A DNA stretch of 64,000 nt, taken from contig JBHLMP010000006.1 in the NCBI GenBank assembly GCA_048938025.1, positions 31,495 to 95,494 of the forward strand, read 5' to 3'. Shown one piece after another: positions 38,742-48,839 of the stretch. A program made the translations under genes and the position numbers. This stretch comes from Promethearchaeota archaeon. GTDB lineage: Archaea; Asgardarchaeota; Lokiarchaeia; Sigyniarchaeales; SOKP01. Numbering within the stretch: position 1 is the stretch's first letter; each line of letters opens with the position of its first letter. Below the pieces are notes generated by a model that saw only the letters and a list, made by a program, of their open reading frames with translations, did no database searches and was not told the DNA's origin.

Positions 38742-39338
38742 TTAAAGGGTAGAGAGAAAATCAGAAACTGCTTCTTCTGACGGTTCTGGATCGACAACAG
38801 AACTATCTAGTTCTTCACCTATTATATCAAATGTATATGTGCATTTATCAGCACCTAATAGAACACATTCAGATTCCCTTCCATCAACATCAATTTTTAA
38901 GATTTCAAATACCCCTTGGAAGATGCCTAAGTAAAGTAAGCACAGGTTTTTAGCCATAATGTTATCTTCTTCTTGAGATGCTAGAGGATCATTTACACCT
39001 ATTTGGATTTTATTTTTTCCAAAGTGTGCTCTTAATTGTCCATAGCCCATTAATTCCATAGATTCAAGAATACCTAGAAAAACATCTTTTTTAGTAGCAA
39101 TATTTTCAAGAGCCCAATCTTTATTGTAAAAGAATTTTTCCATAAAAGATCTTCCCAGGGTTTTTCCTACCCAAGTTAATATATCATCAGCATTTGTACC
39201 AGCAAATTCAGTGAATTCGATTAAGTCAATAGGTCTTAACATTAATAAGCGCATATCTTTCTTTTTTTCGCCGAAAAATAGTTGTCCTAATTTCTCGTCA
39301 ATCATTAGTTGTAATTCTTTTTTCAATCTTTTTGACAT
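38742..39338 (-). CDS. V4R-domain protein (fold shared with TRAPP Bet3-like subunits)
   Basis: LTWVGKTLGRSF, MGYG, CLLYLGIFQGVF, ESECVLLGADKCTYTF; acidic tail. Confidence 0.82.
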   Translation of the reverse strand: MSKRLKKELQLMIDEKLGQLFFGEKKKDMRLLMLRPIDLIEFTEFAGTNADDILTWVGKTLGRSFMEKFFYNKDWALENIATKKDVFLGILESMELMGYGQLRAHFGKNKIQIGVNDPLASQEEDNIMAKNLCLLYLGIFQGVFEILKIDVDGRESECVLLGADKCTYTFDIIGEELDSSVVDPEPSEEAVSDFLSTL

Positions 39339-39463
39339 AGCTTTTCCCTATTTAAGTATTTCATTAAGATTATTAGGAATTTATATAATAGAAATTTAAG
39401 TGTCTAGATATTTAAATTTAATGTTAAAGTTAGTTGAAATCTAAAATTCAAATATTAGGATTA

Positions 39464-40519
39464 TTAAGAAGCGACCAAATTAAAAATTGTTTGGATTACA
39501 GCATCAAGATTATGTTTAGTCTTTACTGAAGTGAAAAGAAATGCCCAATCTCTATGTTTAATATCTTCAAAATTAAAAAAATCATATAATTCTTCTTTTA
39601 ATTTCTCTAGTTGATTTTCCCTGCTTTTTTCTGAAGATTTAATTAAATCTATTTTATTACCCACGATCAATAAAGGAATACCGAACAAATCATCTCTATT
39701 CACAATATTCCAGAATTCTTTTTTTGATTCTTCAAATCGTATTTGGTTAGCTATATCGATCATAAATACAACAATATTTGAGTCTTGTAAGCCAATCAAC
39801 CATTTTTTTCGAAAATTTTGTTGACCTGGCATATCCCAAAAAGCCAGTAACCCTTTTTCTTGTTTTTCAATATATTCAATATTGAATTTTCGAGTCGGAG
39901 CAAAGAAATTATCATTGAATTCACCTGTTTTTATTCTTCTTACAAGGGATGTCTTGCCAACTTCATCAATTCCAAATAAAAAGACTTTAATAAATAATTC
40001 TTGCTGGTAATGATAGACAATTTTAGGAGGTTTTTCAATAATTTCATCCCCATATCTTCTAATATCAATGAACATCGAAATTAGCAAATTTTCTATTTCA
40101 ATTTCATCATCAAAAGAATATACTGTTCCATTAATTAATAATTCACTCAATAATTCTTCAAAAATTTCTTTATAATCATAAGGATTATCTTCTTCATCAA
40201 AAATTAGACCAATAAGTATTTTTCCATTTATACAAGATGTGTATATATTTAAATCATTAACAATTTGTGCAACAGGCTTATCAATTTTATAATGATTTGA
40301 TTTTTCAGTTAAATCAGGGTTATAAATTGATAAATTATTATGGATATTATTCTTGTTATTTAGATTTGCCTGATCATGACCAGTAATAATCATATTAACA
40401 AGATTTTTGTCATTGATATTTATAATTTCATTTGGATAGCTATAGATATTAAGATCTTTTAAGTCTTGAAATTTTTTCCCTTTAAATAGAAAAATGTTAT
40501 GTAACAATGAAATTTCCAA
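39464..40519 (-). CDS. Small GTPase (Arf/Rag-like) with N-terminal longin/uDENN-like extension
   Basis: GIDEVGKTS, APT, WDMPGQ, GNKID, FTSVK; N-terminal about 170 aa with ILIGLIFDEEDNPYDY strand-helix pattern (longin call is inference). Confidence 0.8.
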   Translation of the reverse strand: MEISLLHNIFLFKGKKFQDLKDLNIYSYPNEIININDKNLVNMIITGHDQANLNNKNNIHNNLSIYNPDLTEKSNHYKIDKPVAQIVNDLNIYTSCINGKILIGLIFDEEDNPYDYKEIFEELLSELLINGTVYSFDDEIEIENLLISMFIDIRRYGDEIIEKPPKIVYHYQQELFIKVFLFGIDEVGKTSLVRRIKTGEFNDNFFAPTRKFNIEYIEKQEKGLLAFWDMPGQQNFRKKWLIGLQDSNIVVFMIDIANQIRFEESKKEFWNIVNRDDLFGIPLLIVGNKIDLIKSSEKSRENQLEKLKEELYDFFNFEDIKHRDWAFLFTSVKTKHNLDAVIQTIFNLVAS

Positions 40520-40690
40520 AAATTCTTAATTCCTATAAGTTTGAGAATAAAGCCTAATTAAAAAAAGTTTGGAATCTTGCCTAATTTATAACTTTTAAAG
40601 TTTTTGGCTTAATAATTCTAGGAAAGTGACTTAACTCCTTTAAAAAACCTTATTAATAGATGAATAAGAAAAATTCAATTTAGAATTGTC

Positions 40691-42112
40691 TTATTCTTTG
40701 CTATCTTCTTCAACATCTGGAGTTTCTTGTTTATTATCAGAAGTTTCTGTTTCTGATGGAACCTCCGATTGCGGAGTTGATTTTGATGCTACAGGTGTTC
40801 CACAAATAGGACATTTTGACCAACCTGGTCTTAAACCGTAACCGCATTTTGAGCATTCTTGCATATCCTCATCTGGTTTCCATTCTGGAATATCTAAACC
40901 ACCTTGTCTTTTACGAGCAAGTTCTTGTAATTCATCTTCTGTCCAAAACTCCATACCCTCAGGTAAACTGGAACCTCTCTCCTCGGCAAATTTGGTTAAT
41001 TCTTCTTCCGACCAAATGGGCATATCAGGTTGAGTAGCCATTCTTTTTTGTGCTTCTTTTGCTAAATCCTCAGCTGTCCATGCTTTAAGCTCTTGACCTC
41101 CTGGAGTTCTTACTACACCTGGTTGTTGAGGAGAAATTTGACTAGGTGCCTCAGTACCCATAACGCCTCCACTAATAGAAGGTGCACTACAACACTCAGC
41201 AGAAAACTTTAAAAGTGCTTCAAAACATTTTGAGAAGTTATTTGGATCTTTCCCTTCATCACTAACTAACATTAATGTAGTTTTATCAGCTGGTTGAGGA
41301 ATAGCAATACCACATATGGCAATATCTGATTTAAGTCGCCCTGATTCTATACCAGAAGTGAGCTTTTCCATTGATTTTGTCAAATCATCATCGTTCATCA
41401 AAAAATCACAGATTGGATCTCCGTGTCTCTGGAAACTATCATGATATTTAGCTAGTTGAGTTCTTGTTATCGTTGAGTTAAGAGATCTAATAATAGCATC
41501 TACATACGAAAAAATTTGAGACTTAGGACCTTTTTGAGATCCTTCTAGCTTATAACCACCTAAATCAAGAGCTCCCGTAATAGGAGCAAATAGAGATGTT
41601 TCATTCTTCATTTTACCATAGATTATTGGTCTTGAAATAACACATTTGATTTCTCCGTAATAGGCAATAGTATCATCAAAAAATTGAACTTTTCCATCAT
41701 AGGTAATTCGTGGAACACTTCGGAAAATGACATCAGCCCAAGGCATTTCTTTTACTGGAATTATTACATAACATGTTTTATCAATTAAATCGCGCAATTT
41801 TTTAATGAATTCTTTTAAATCTTTTTTAATATCTTGATAATCTTCTTCGTTTAACTCTTCTTCTGCATTTTTCTCAAATTCTTTAAATTTCTCTTCATTT
41901 TTCTTGAGATTTCCCCCAAATGATTTAACTTCTCCAACAGTATTACCTTGTAAGATAGATGTTGCATTTTCTATAATTTTTTTTTGAAAATCGGATAAAT
42001 CAGCCTCAGTTTCACTTGAAATAAGATAATCCTCGATATTGAATTGGATTTTATTAATAAAAACTTCAAACAATTTCTGTTCTGACAATTCCTTTACCTT
42101 TTTTCTATGCAA
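40691..42112 (-). CDS. Hypothetical protein with W(T/S)xE(E/D)L repeats and C-terminal zinc ribbon
   Basis: WTAEDLAKEA / WSEEELTKFA / WTEDELQELA; CSKC...CPIC; acidic disordered tail. Confidence 0.75.
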   Translation of the reverse strand: MHRKKVKELSEQKLFEVFINKIQFNIEDYLISSETEADLSDFQKKIIENATSILQGNTVGEVKSFGGNLKKNEEKFKEFEKNAEEELNEEDYQDIKKDLKEFIKKLRDLIDKTCYVIIPVKEMPWADVIFRSVPRITYDGKVQFFDDTIAYYGEIKCVISRPIIYGKMKNETSLFAPITGALDLGGYKLEGSQKGPKSQIFSYVDAIIRSLNSTITRTQLAKYHDSFQRHGDPICDFLMNDDDLTKSMEKLTSGIESGRLKSDIAICGIAIPQPADKTTLMLVSDEGKDPNNFSKCFEALLKFSAECCSAPSISGGVMGTEAPSQISPQQPGVVRTPGGQELKAWTAEDLAKEAQKRMATQPDMPIWSEEELTKFAEERGSSLPEGMEFWTEDELQELARKRQGGLDIPEWKPDEDMQECSKCGYGLRPGWSKCPICGTPVASKSTPQSEVPSETETSDNKQETPDVEEDSKE

Positions 42113-42265
42113 TTTTAGTTTCTTACTTATAAATATAGCAATGGAATGTATATAAAAATTTAATTGAATCTCGTTTTCTATATTTTGAGTAAAATTAAAT
42201 AAAACGCAGAAATAATAAATAAAAAATAAATTTAAAACTTAAATCTAAGACCCTTAGGACCAATG

Positions 42266-43462
42266 TTAGCCCGTATAACATAAATTCCATGTAGGTTCAT
42301 AATCATGAATAAGATTCATCATAATATTATATGCTGCTGGCGTATAATAGTTATCAAGAGGAGGATAATCTCCATTCTCTCTAATCGCGAAATGCACATG
42401 TCCTAAGGAATCAAATTGTTGAAAATCACCAATAGGCCAACCTAGCATGATCCACTCTCCTATATTATCTAAGATATCTATTTTAGATAATGAAGTATTA
42501 ACATCGTTCATATCACTTGTCCATAGCTCAAATATATATTCACATTGAATTATTTCATTAAATTGAATTGTTATATTTATAGCATAATTAGTTATAATTT
42601 CTAAACTATTTATTACTTGTATTGATTTAACAAGTCCAGGTGCAGCAGTATACACCCTTCTATTGTCTTTAAAATAAAAATCAAATCCTAAATGTACTGA
42701 CCCCCAAGGACAAGCAGTTGTATTAGAATAGGTACGCGTTACATTATGAATATTAAGTCTTGAGGTAAAAGTAGTATTTACGTAATCTAATGGTGAGTTC
42801 TCATCGTAGCATAAATGTGGCCATTCAGGATGCCACATATGAACTAAACCCATCATTCTCTCATAAGCTGCTGGAGAATAGTATCTGTCAAGACGAGTAC
42901 GTACATTATCCTCTATTACATCAAAATGTATATGAGCCCCAGGACCAATCTGTAAAAATCTACCAATTTCCTGCCCAATCTCGACCCATTCTCCTACGGA
43001 ACAATTTATTAATTGTTTTTGATGCTCATGTTGGCTACTTTCATTAGTCCAAGGCTCAAAATTGTAATTTACATATACACTATTATTAAATCTTATAGTT
43101 ACCTCAATCATATATCTATTTTCTGTAGTTTCGCCCCAATCTTTTTCTCGAATTATGCTTACTTGCCCAGGAGCTGCCGCCAAAACTTTTGAGTTGTTAA
43201 TCAATGCAAAATCAAACCCCTCATGGGCTCTTGCCCATGGGCAGCTATTTGTGGAAGCCCAAGCACCATTAACAGCATAATTGTCGGACTCATTTTCAAA
43301 AATAACATCCATGTAATCTAAACGATCCCATTCGTATCTTTCTCCAGGATCAAAAAACTCTTCTTCCCAAGGTGAATCTTCTAGAATTAGAGGTAATATG
43401 AAAAGTCCTGCCATAATTACTATGGCAACTATAATAAGTGAAATGATACCTATTTTTTTCAT
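42266..43462 (-). CDS. Exported/membrane-anchored protein with two tandem M23-like zinc metallopeptidase domains
   Basis: N-terminal TM; CPWARAHEGFDF...AAAPGQV...HIHF and CPWGSVHLGFDF...TAAPGLV...HVHF (HxxxD plus HxH, twice). Confidence 0.8.
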   Translation of the reverse strand: MKKIGIISLIIVAIVIMAGLFILPLILEDSPWEEEFFDPGERYEWDRLDYMDVIFENESDNYAVNGAWASTNSCPWARAHEGFDFALINNSKVLAAAPGQVSIIREKDWGETTENRYMIEVTIRFNNSVYVNYNFEPWTNESSQHEHQKQLINCSVGEWVEIGQEIGRFLQIGPGAHIHFDVIEDNVRTRLDRYYSPAAYERMMGLVHMWHPEWPHLCYDENSPLDYVNTTFTSRLNIHNVTRTYSNTTACPWGSVHLGFDFYFKDNRRVYTAAPGLVKSIQVINSLEIITNYAINITIQFNEIIQCEYIFELWTSDMNDVNTSLSKIDILDNIGEWIMLGWPIGDFQQFDSLGHVHFAIRENGDYPPLDNYYTPAAYNIMMNLIHDYEPTWNLCYTG

Positions 43463-43912
43463 AGATGAATGAAATAAAAAGAGATTTAAAAATATATCTG
43501 CTAAATTTAAATATTCTACTGATTAGAACCAATATCCGATACATTTCTTTTTCCCTTTTCTCATGAGAATAAAAGAAAAAGTTATTTAACTTCTGAAGAA
43601 AAAATCATATTAAGGTTATAATAATTTTTAATTATTATGAACAATATTTAGTTCTGTTCTAAGAAAATATAAAATTTTCATCCAAACTAATCTATTAATT
43701 TGAAAAAAAATTTGATATATTATAAAATTAATTAAAACTTTTTATACTCAAAAAGAACCTCATAATTAAGCACAAAAAATTGTTTTTAAAAGAGTAATGC
43801 TTAAATAAGCCATTTCGGTTTAATATATTAATCCGATAAAAAAAAATCTTTATATATTATCTTATCATTAAATGTTATATATAGAAAAAGTTAAGGATTA
43901 AGGCGATTCAAA

Positions 43913-44203
43913 TTGAAGATTGTCACAGTCAATATTCCGGATTCGTTTTTAGACTCAATTGAAAAATTAGTAGGAGAGGATGGTCTGTATCCCTCTAGGT
44001 CAGAACTAATTAGAGTTGCAGTTAGAGAATTTTTATTAAAAGAGTTAGCCTTAGCTAATAGGATGGCTAAGTATAAAGAAAGCGAAATTAAAGATTTTGA
44101 TGAAAAAAATTACGTGAGAGTACCTATTGAGACGACTGATGAAAATGATGAACCTGTAAGGGAGTTCAAAACGTACAAAATCGTAAGACGTTTAGAATAT
44201 TAG
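43913..44203 (+). CDS. Ribbon-helix-helix (CopG/Arc/NikR-N) transcriptional regulator
   Basis: MKIVTVNIP...YPSRSELIRVAVREFL. Confidence 0.9.
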   Translation: MKIVTVNIPDSFLDSIEKLVGEDGLYPSRSELIRVAVREFLLKELALANRMAKYKESEIKDFDEKNYVRVPIETTDENDEPVREFKTYKIVRRLEY

Positions 44204-44221
44204 AGGATTTGTTAGATCCTC
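44203..44221 (+). terminator. Short hairpin after the RHH stop, followed by an oligo-T tract near 44262-44283
   Basis: GAGGAT-ttgttag-ATCCTC inverted repeat. Confidence 0.4.
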
Positions 44222-44458
44222 AAAATATGAGTTAAAAAGGGATTAAATATCTTTCTCCTTATTCTTTTTATTTTTTTTTTTAATTTCAGTTGAAATAATA
44301 TTTAATTAAAAATTTTTCAATATTTTATCTAAGTTAATTCATAATGAAATACTATTTATAGAACTTCGGGTATATAAGAGATAGAATTAAAAGAAGAGGT
44401 TATATTTATTTCAGGAAAAAAAAGTTATGAAAAACAAGAAGTTTATGAGCCTAAATTC

Positions 44459-45691
44459 ATGGAATGGGGTATTATTAATAAAATTAATTTTAAAGATAAA
44501 ACTACATATGATATTCCGATTAAGAGATGGGATCCTTTATCGACAGTAAAAATTAAATCTAAGGATTTTGGTCTTGGAAAAAAGCGTGAAAGGCATTATG
44601 GGCATTATTCCTACTTAAGTCCTATTAGAGGCAAAAGACCAAAGGGTTATGATGAAGTAGAAAAAAAAAGTGAACTTGAGCATTGCCCAAAAAAGATTTT
44701 TGCAAGAGTAAAGGATGTTTTTATGGCAGTCACAGAGGGAAAACCTATTTTTGATGATTGGGGTTATCAACTCGGTGATGGTTTCACTATCATTATAAAT
44801 CAAGATGAAAAAAAGCTTGACAATCCTTTTTCAGATATTCCTCATCGAATTAAAAGACTTCCTGATTCTTGTAAAGCAGTTACTTTGATAAATCGATATC
44901 CATCAATGGCTCGGATAATAGATCCTAAAATAGAGGATTATATTGTTGAAAAATTACCTCCTCATCTAAAACTTGCGAGGGGTATAAATTTAGTAACCAT
45001 TTCGAGAAAATTTTATCCTTCATTATGTTTTAATTTAATCCCTGAAGAAATTATTGCTGCAATTTTTTTATCTATGAAAGCAGCAATCCTCTATTGTGTT
45101 CAAGAATCTATAGAACGTGATTATTACGATATCCCAATAAATCCTTTTTTTAATATAGGAATGAAAGTAGGAGGGTCACAACCTCGAATACATAGTCAGG
45201 TATATGTTGATTTGAATGGTGATGGTCATGGAGGTAGATTGGAAGGATATTTAAGGGCGTTTAAAGAGATGGGTAATAAGTGTCATCTATGTGAAACTAC
45301 ACATGGAAATACAGATCGTATTATTTTAAATACCGAATTTTGGACTTTTTATACAACAGGAAGTCCAGTGAGAAATTATCACATTCGTTTTCATCCAAAT
45401 GAGCACTTAAGAAGGTTTTCTCAATTGAAAATTAATCAATTAAATGATTTAGCAAAAGCTATAAGAATTATCTTTCAGGCACTTGATGATATAGAAATAG
45501 ATAAGAATAGAAACCTTTTATTTAATTGCTGTCCTTTTGGATATGATGATGATTTTCATTTATTTGGTGATATTATTCCACATGAGGTAATTGGTGGAGC
45601 AGAAATGGCAGATGACATGCGAGTTGCAAGGAAGTTACCCCATATAGCTGCAGCTGAAATCAGAAAGGCATTAATTAAGTATATTAATTAA
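44459..45691 (+). CDS. GalT/HIT-superfamily nucleotidyltransferase (Gal-1-P uridylyltransferase or NDP-glucose phosphorylase-like)
   Basis: INRYPS, FNIGMKVGGSQPRIHSQV (variant of GASxxHPHSQ), CHLC, second HIT-like half ending FHLFGDIIP..GGAE. Confidence 0.75.
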   Translation: MEWGIINKINFKDKTTYDIPIKRWDPLSTVKIKSKDFGLGKKRERHYGHYSYLSPIRGKRPKGYDEVEKKSELEHCPKKIFARVKDVFMAVTEGKPIFDDWGYQLGDGFTIIINQDEKKLDNPFSDIPHRIKRLPDSCKAVTLINRYPSMARIIDPKIEDYIVEKLPPHLKLARGINLVTISRKFYPSLCFNLIPEEIIAAIFLSMKAAILYCVQESIERDYYDIPINPFFNIGMKVGGSQPRIHSQVYVDLNGDGHGGRLEGYLRAFKEMGNKCHLCETTHGNTDRIILNTEFWTFYTTGSPVRNYHIRFHPNEHLRRFSQLKINQLNDLAKAIRIIFQALDDIEIDKNRNLLFNCCPFGYDDDFHLFGDIIPHEVIGGAEMADDMRVARKLPHIAAAEIRKALIKYIN

Positions 45692-45802
45692 TTTTTTCTA
45701 CCTTTTCTATACTTATTTAATAACTTTTAAATTTCAATTAAACTTAGATTTATATCTATTAATTGTTTAATAATTTGTGAGGATTTTTTTGAGGAAATCA
45801 TA

Positions 45803-46951
45803 TTGAGAGAATGGTCTGCGATAATTTTAGCAGGTGGAAAAGGTAAGAGGTTAATGCCATTAACTGCTTTGATTCCAAAACCACTTGTAAAAGTCACCAA
45901 TGTTCCTATGGTAGATTATGCAATCGCTCATTTAATATTTGCAGATATAAAGCACATTACGCTTGCGTTGGCTTATATGGGCGAGGATATAAAAGATTAT
46001 ATTAAGAAAACATGGACTCCAGATAAATTGGGAGATGTAGAATTAGAATTTGAAATACAAGACAGTAAGGGTACTGCTGATGCTTATAGGCTTTTAAATG
46101 AGCATATAGACTCAGAAAAGGTTGTTGTATCGATGGCAGATATAGTTACAAATCTTCCAATGAAAGATTTTATGAATTTCCACTCTGAAAAAGAAGGATT
46201 GGCAACAATTTCAATGAAAACAGTTGAAAGTCATATTTCTCAATATGGCGTTGTTTTATTAGATAAAAATAGGAAAATTTATCTATTTTTGGAAAAACCA
46301 GCTCCAATGGAATTATATTTGAGTAGTATGGCTCAAAGAACTGATTTGTTTTTACATACAAATATAATTAACACAGGGATTTATTGTTTTAATAAAAAAA
46401 TTGGAGATATTCTCCATGAAACTGGTTTAATGGATTTTGGGAGTGAAGTATTTCCATATCTCCTCGAAAACCAGTATGATTTGTATGGGTTTGTAAAAAA
46501 TTATTATTGGCTTGATTGTGGTAATAATCAAACCTATATGTGGGCAAATTGGGATTTATTGCGGCATTATGCCTGGCCAATCACACCTAATGGGAAAGAA
46601 TATGATGGAATTTATGTTATCGGAATTATCAATTCTGGTCAAAATATTACAATTGAAAAGCCAACGTGTTTTGGTGAGTTTGTTCAGTTAGCAAATCGAG
46701 TCAAAATTAAAGAACTTACATCTATAGGCAATAATGTTACAATTGGAGAGGATACTGTAATTGAAAAGAGTGTTATCTGGGATGAGGTGAAAATTGGAGC
46801 TGGTTGTATTATCACTGAAAGTATAATTTGTAATAATTGCGAAATAGGAGATAATGTGGTTTTAGAAAGAGCAATAATTGCTCCTAATTGCAAAATTAGT
46901 GATAATTACCAAATAAGAGAAAAAACTCTTGAAATTGGTCAACAAGTTTAA
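45803..46951 (+). CDS. NDP-sugar pyrophosphorylase with left-handed beta-helix (Man-1-P guanylyl-/Glc-1-P nucleotidyltransferase-like)
   Basis: ILAGGKGKRLMPLT-IPKPLV, GTADA, YGVV, FLEKP, INTGIY, DFGSEVFP, YWLDCG; hexapeptide repeats. Confidence 0.9.
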   Translation: MREWSAIILAGGKGKRLMPLTALIPKPLVKVTNVPMVDYAIAHLIFADIKHITLALAYMGEDIKDYIKKTWTPDKLGDVELEFEIQDSKGTADAYRLLNEHIDSEKVVVSMADIVTNLPMKDFMNFHSEKEGLATISMKTVESHISQYGVVLLDKNRKIYLFLEKPAPMELYLSSMAQRTDLFLHTNIINTGIYCFNKKIGDILHETGLMDFGSEVFPYLLENQYDLYGFVKNYYWLDCGNNQTYMWANWDLLRHYAWPITPNGKEYDGIYVIGIINSGQNITIEKPTCFGEFVQLANRVKIKELTSIGNNVTIGEDTVIEKSVIWDEVKIGAGCIITESIICNNCEIGDNVVLERAIIAPNCKISDNYQIREKTLEIGQQV

Positions 46952-48667
46952 CTATTTTTTAGCGAAAGGTTCAAGATCTAAAGCTTCAAATATTCCATCA
47001 TTAGCTTTAAGAGTTCCAAGAAAGTGCCACTCACCTTCTTCTACATTTTCCCCTTTACCATATGTCTCTGCCATATTGTAAAGTCTTTTAAAATTTTCAT
47101 AATGAAGTGCTACTCTATTTTCGGCATAGTCTCTCGCGCTCCACGTTGTTATGAGGAATTGCCAATCACTACTTTCTAATAATAATAGTTCTCTCGCCAT
47201 CTGTTTAAGAATTTTTATTAGATTTGGATCAGGAGTATCTTTATATTTTGCGATGATTTCTTCGCTTTTCGCTTCACATTCGTATATTCTTATCCACGTC
47301 CAAGTTGTCCATTCGTTTAACCACACCCAATGAGAACTTGCTTGCCCCCATGAACCTTCAATAATCTGTACAACCTTATTTGGAGGATTTTGTTCAACAT
47401 ACAACCTTGTATTTGTTAATTCAATTTCAGGATCATCTTCCATCCAACGAAGAACTCTTGCTAACCACCAGTTTCCCTCAAACCACCAATGTCCAAATAA
47501 TTCTGCATCATAAGGTGCTATAACTATTCCATTTCTCCCAAACTTATTTTTAAAATCTCTTAAGATATCTTTTGTTAGATTTAAATAATGACTAGCATTT
47601 TCATCTAGTTTTCCAGGAACATCTTCTGGCCAATATAACCATTTTTCTCCTAAATCCAATTTAGGACTGGTAACCTTCCAGTACCTCAATCCAGAGGGCC
47701 AAGACTTCTTATGAAAGTCTAAGTATTCAGCACATCCAGGATAACCATGTTCTCCGCTCCATACTACGATTCCTGTTTTCTCATCTCTCGTAAAAAATCC
47801 AACTGGAGAAGGTGTAGATGGATCAGTTGATACTAAATATACCTCATATTGAGACTTCTCAAAAGAAGTTGGAATTTCCTGATATTGTGATTCAAATTGC
47901 TTCCATAGTTCAGCAAGTAATGGAAATCGAGCAGCATAAACTCCTTGAGACTTTCCACCTAAAAGTAGTGTTGTATCTATAAAAAAATATTTCAATCCAT
48001 TTTTAGCGAGGAAATATTCTACACCAGGTCTTTCATATTCTTCTTCAGTAATAGGGTTTTTCCAGCGATAACCAGGGCGATAACCACACTCAGGTAACCA
48101 AGCACCAGTGGGGGTTCTTCCAAAATGCCTTTTATAATTGTCAACAGCAGTCTTAAATTGAGCATCGATGGATGTATCTTTTGAAAGAAGAGGCGCATAT
48201 CCATGGGTTGCGCCACAAGTAATTATATCAATTAGGTTCATGTCCTGAAGTGTTTTAAATGCTCCTACGATATCCTTATTATATCTATGAATAAAATTAT
48301 CTTTTACGCGTTCATAGAATTCTTGCCACCATTTAGTTAACTTTATTCTTCCTTCTTCATATTTATTTACGGTAAAGTCTTCATAATCATGAAGTGCAGC
48401 ATTATATTTTTCATCTATATACCCTAAAAATCCATTAATAAAGGATGGGTGACGTAACATTTCACATAGCACAGGTGTAATTCCAACAGTCAATTTTGGG
48501 TGATATCCATCATCAATTAACTTGTATAATTCTATTAATAAGGGAATATAAGTTTCAGCAGCTGCTTCATTTACCCAGTCCATTCCATGGGGCCAGATAC
48601 CATGCCCTAATACCCAAGGTAAATGTGAGTGTAATACTAATGAAAAAGATCCTAATGATTTAGTCAT
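46952..48667 (-). CDS. GH57 1,4-alpha-glucan branching enzyme
   Basis: LHSHLPWV, ETYIPLL, ATHGY, WLPECGY, PYDAELFGHWWFEG, RELLLLESSDWQF. Confidence 0.93.
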   Translation of the reverse strand: MTKSLGSFSLVLHSHLPWVLGHGIWPHGMDWVNEAAAETYIPLLIELYKLIDDGYHPKLTVGITPVLCEMLRHPSFINGFLGYIDEKYNAALHDYEDFTVNKYEEGRIKLTKWWQEFYERVKDNFIHRYNKDIVGAFKTLQDMNLIDIITCGATHGYAPLLSKDTSIDAQFKTAVDNYKRHFGRTPTGAWLPECGYRPGYRWKNPITEEEYERPGVEYFLAKNGLKYFFIDTTLLLGGKSQGVYAARFPLLAELWKQFESQYQEIPTSFEKSQYEVYLVSTDPSTPSPVGFFTRDEKTGIVVWSGEHGYPGCAEYLDFHKKSWPSGLRYWKVTSPKLDLGEKWLYWPEDVPGKLDENASHYLNLTKDILRDFKNKFGRNGIVIAPYDAELFGHWWFEGNWWLARVLRWMEDDPEIELTNTRLYVEQNPPNKVVQIIEGSWGQASSHWVWLNEWTTWTWIRIYECEAKSEEIIAKYKDTPDPNLIKILKQMARELLLLESSDWQFLITTWSARDYAENRVALHYENFKRLYNMAETYGKGENVEEGEWHFLGTLKANDGIFEALDLEPFAKK

Positions 48668-48839
48668 GTTTATTTAATTTTTGATTTATAATTATAAATT
48701 ATTTAATTGTGCATTTCTTAAATACTAATCATCATTCTAATATTCTTGAAAACACAAAAAATATATATAGTAGATTTAGTATCATATACATACTCTCTAT
48801 TTAACACATATTAAGAAATTCAAAAATTACTAGATCAAA

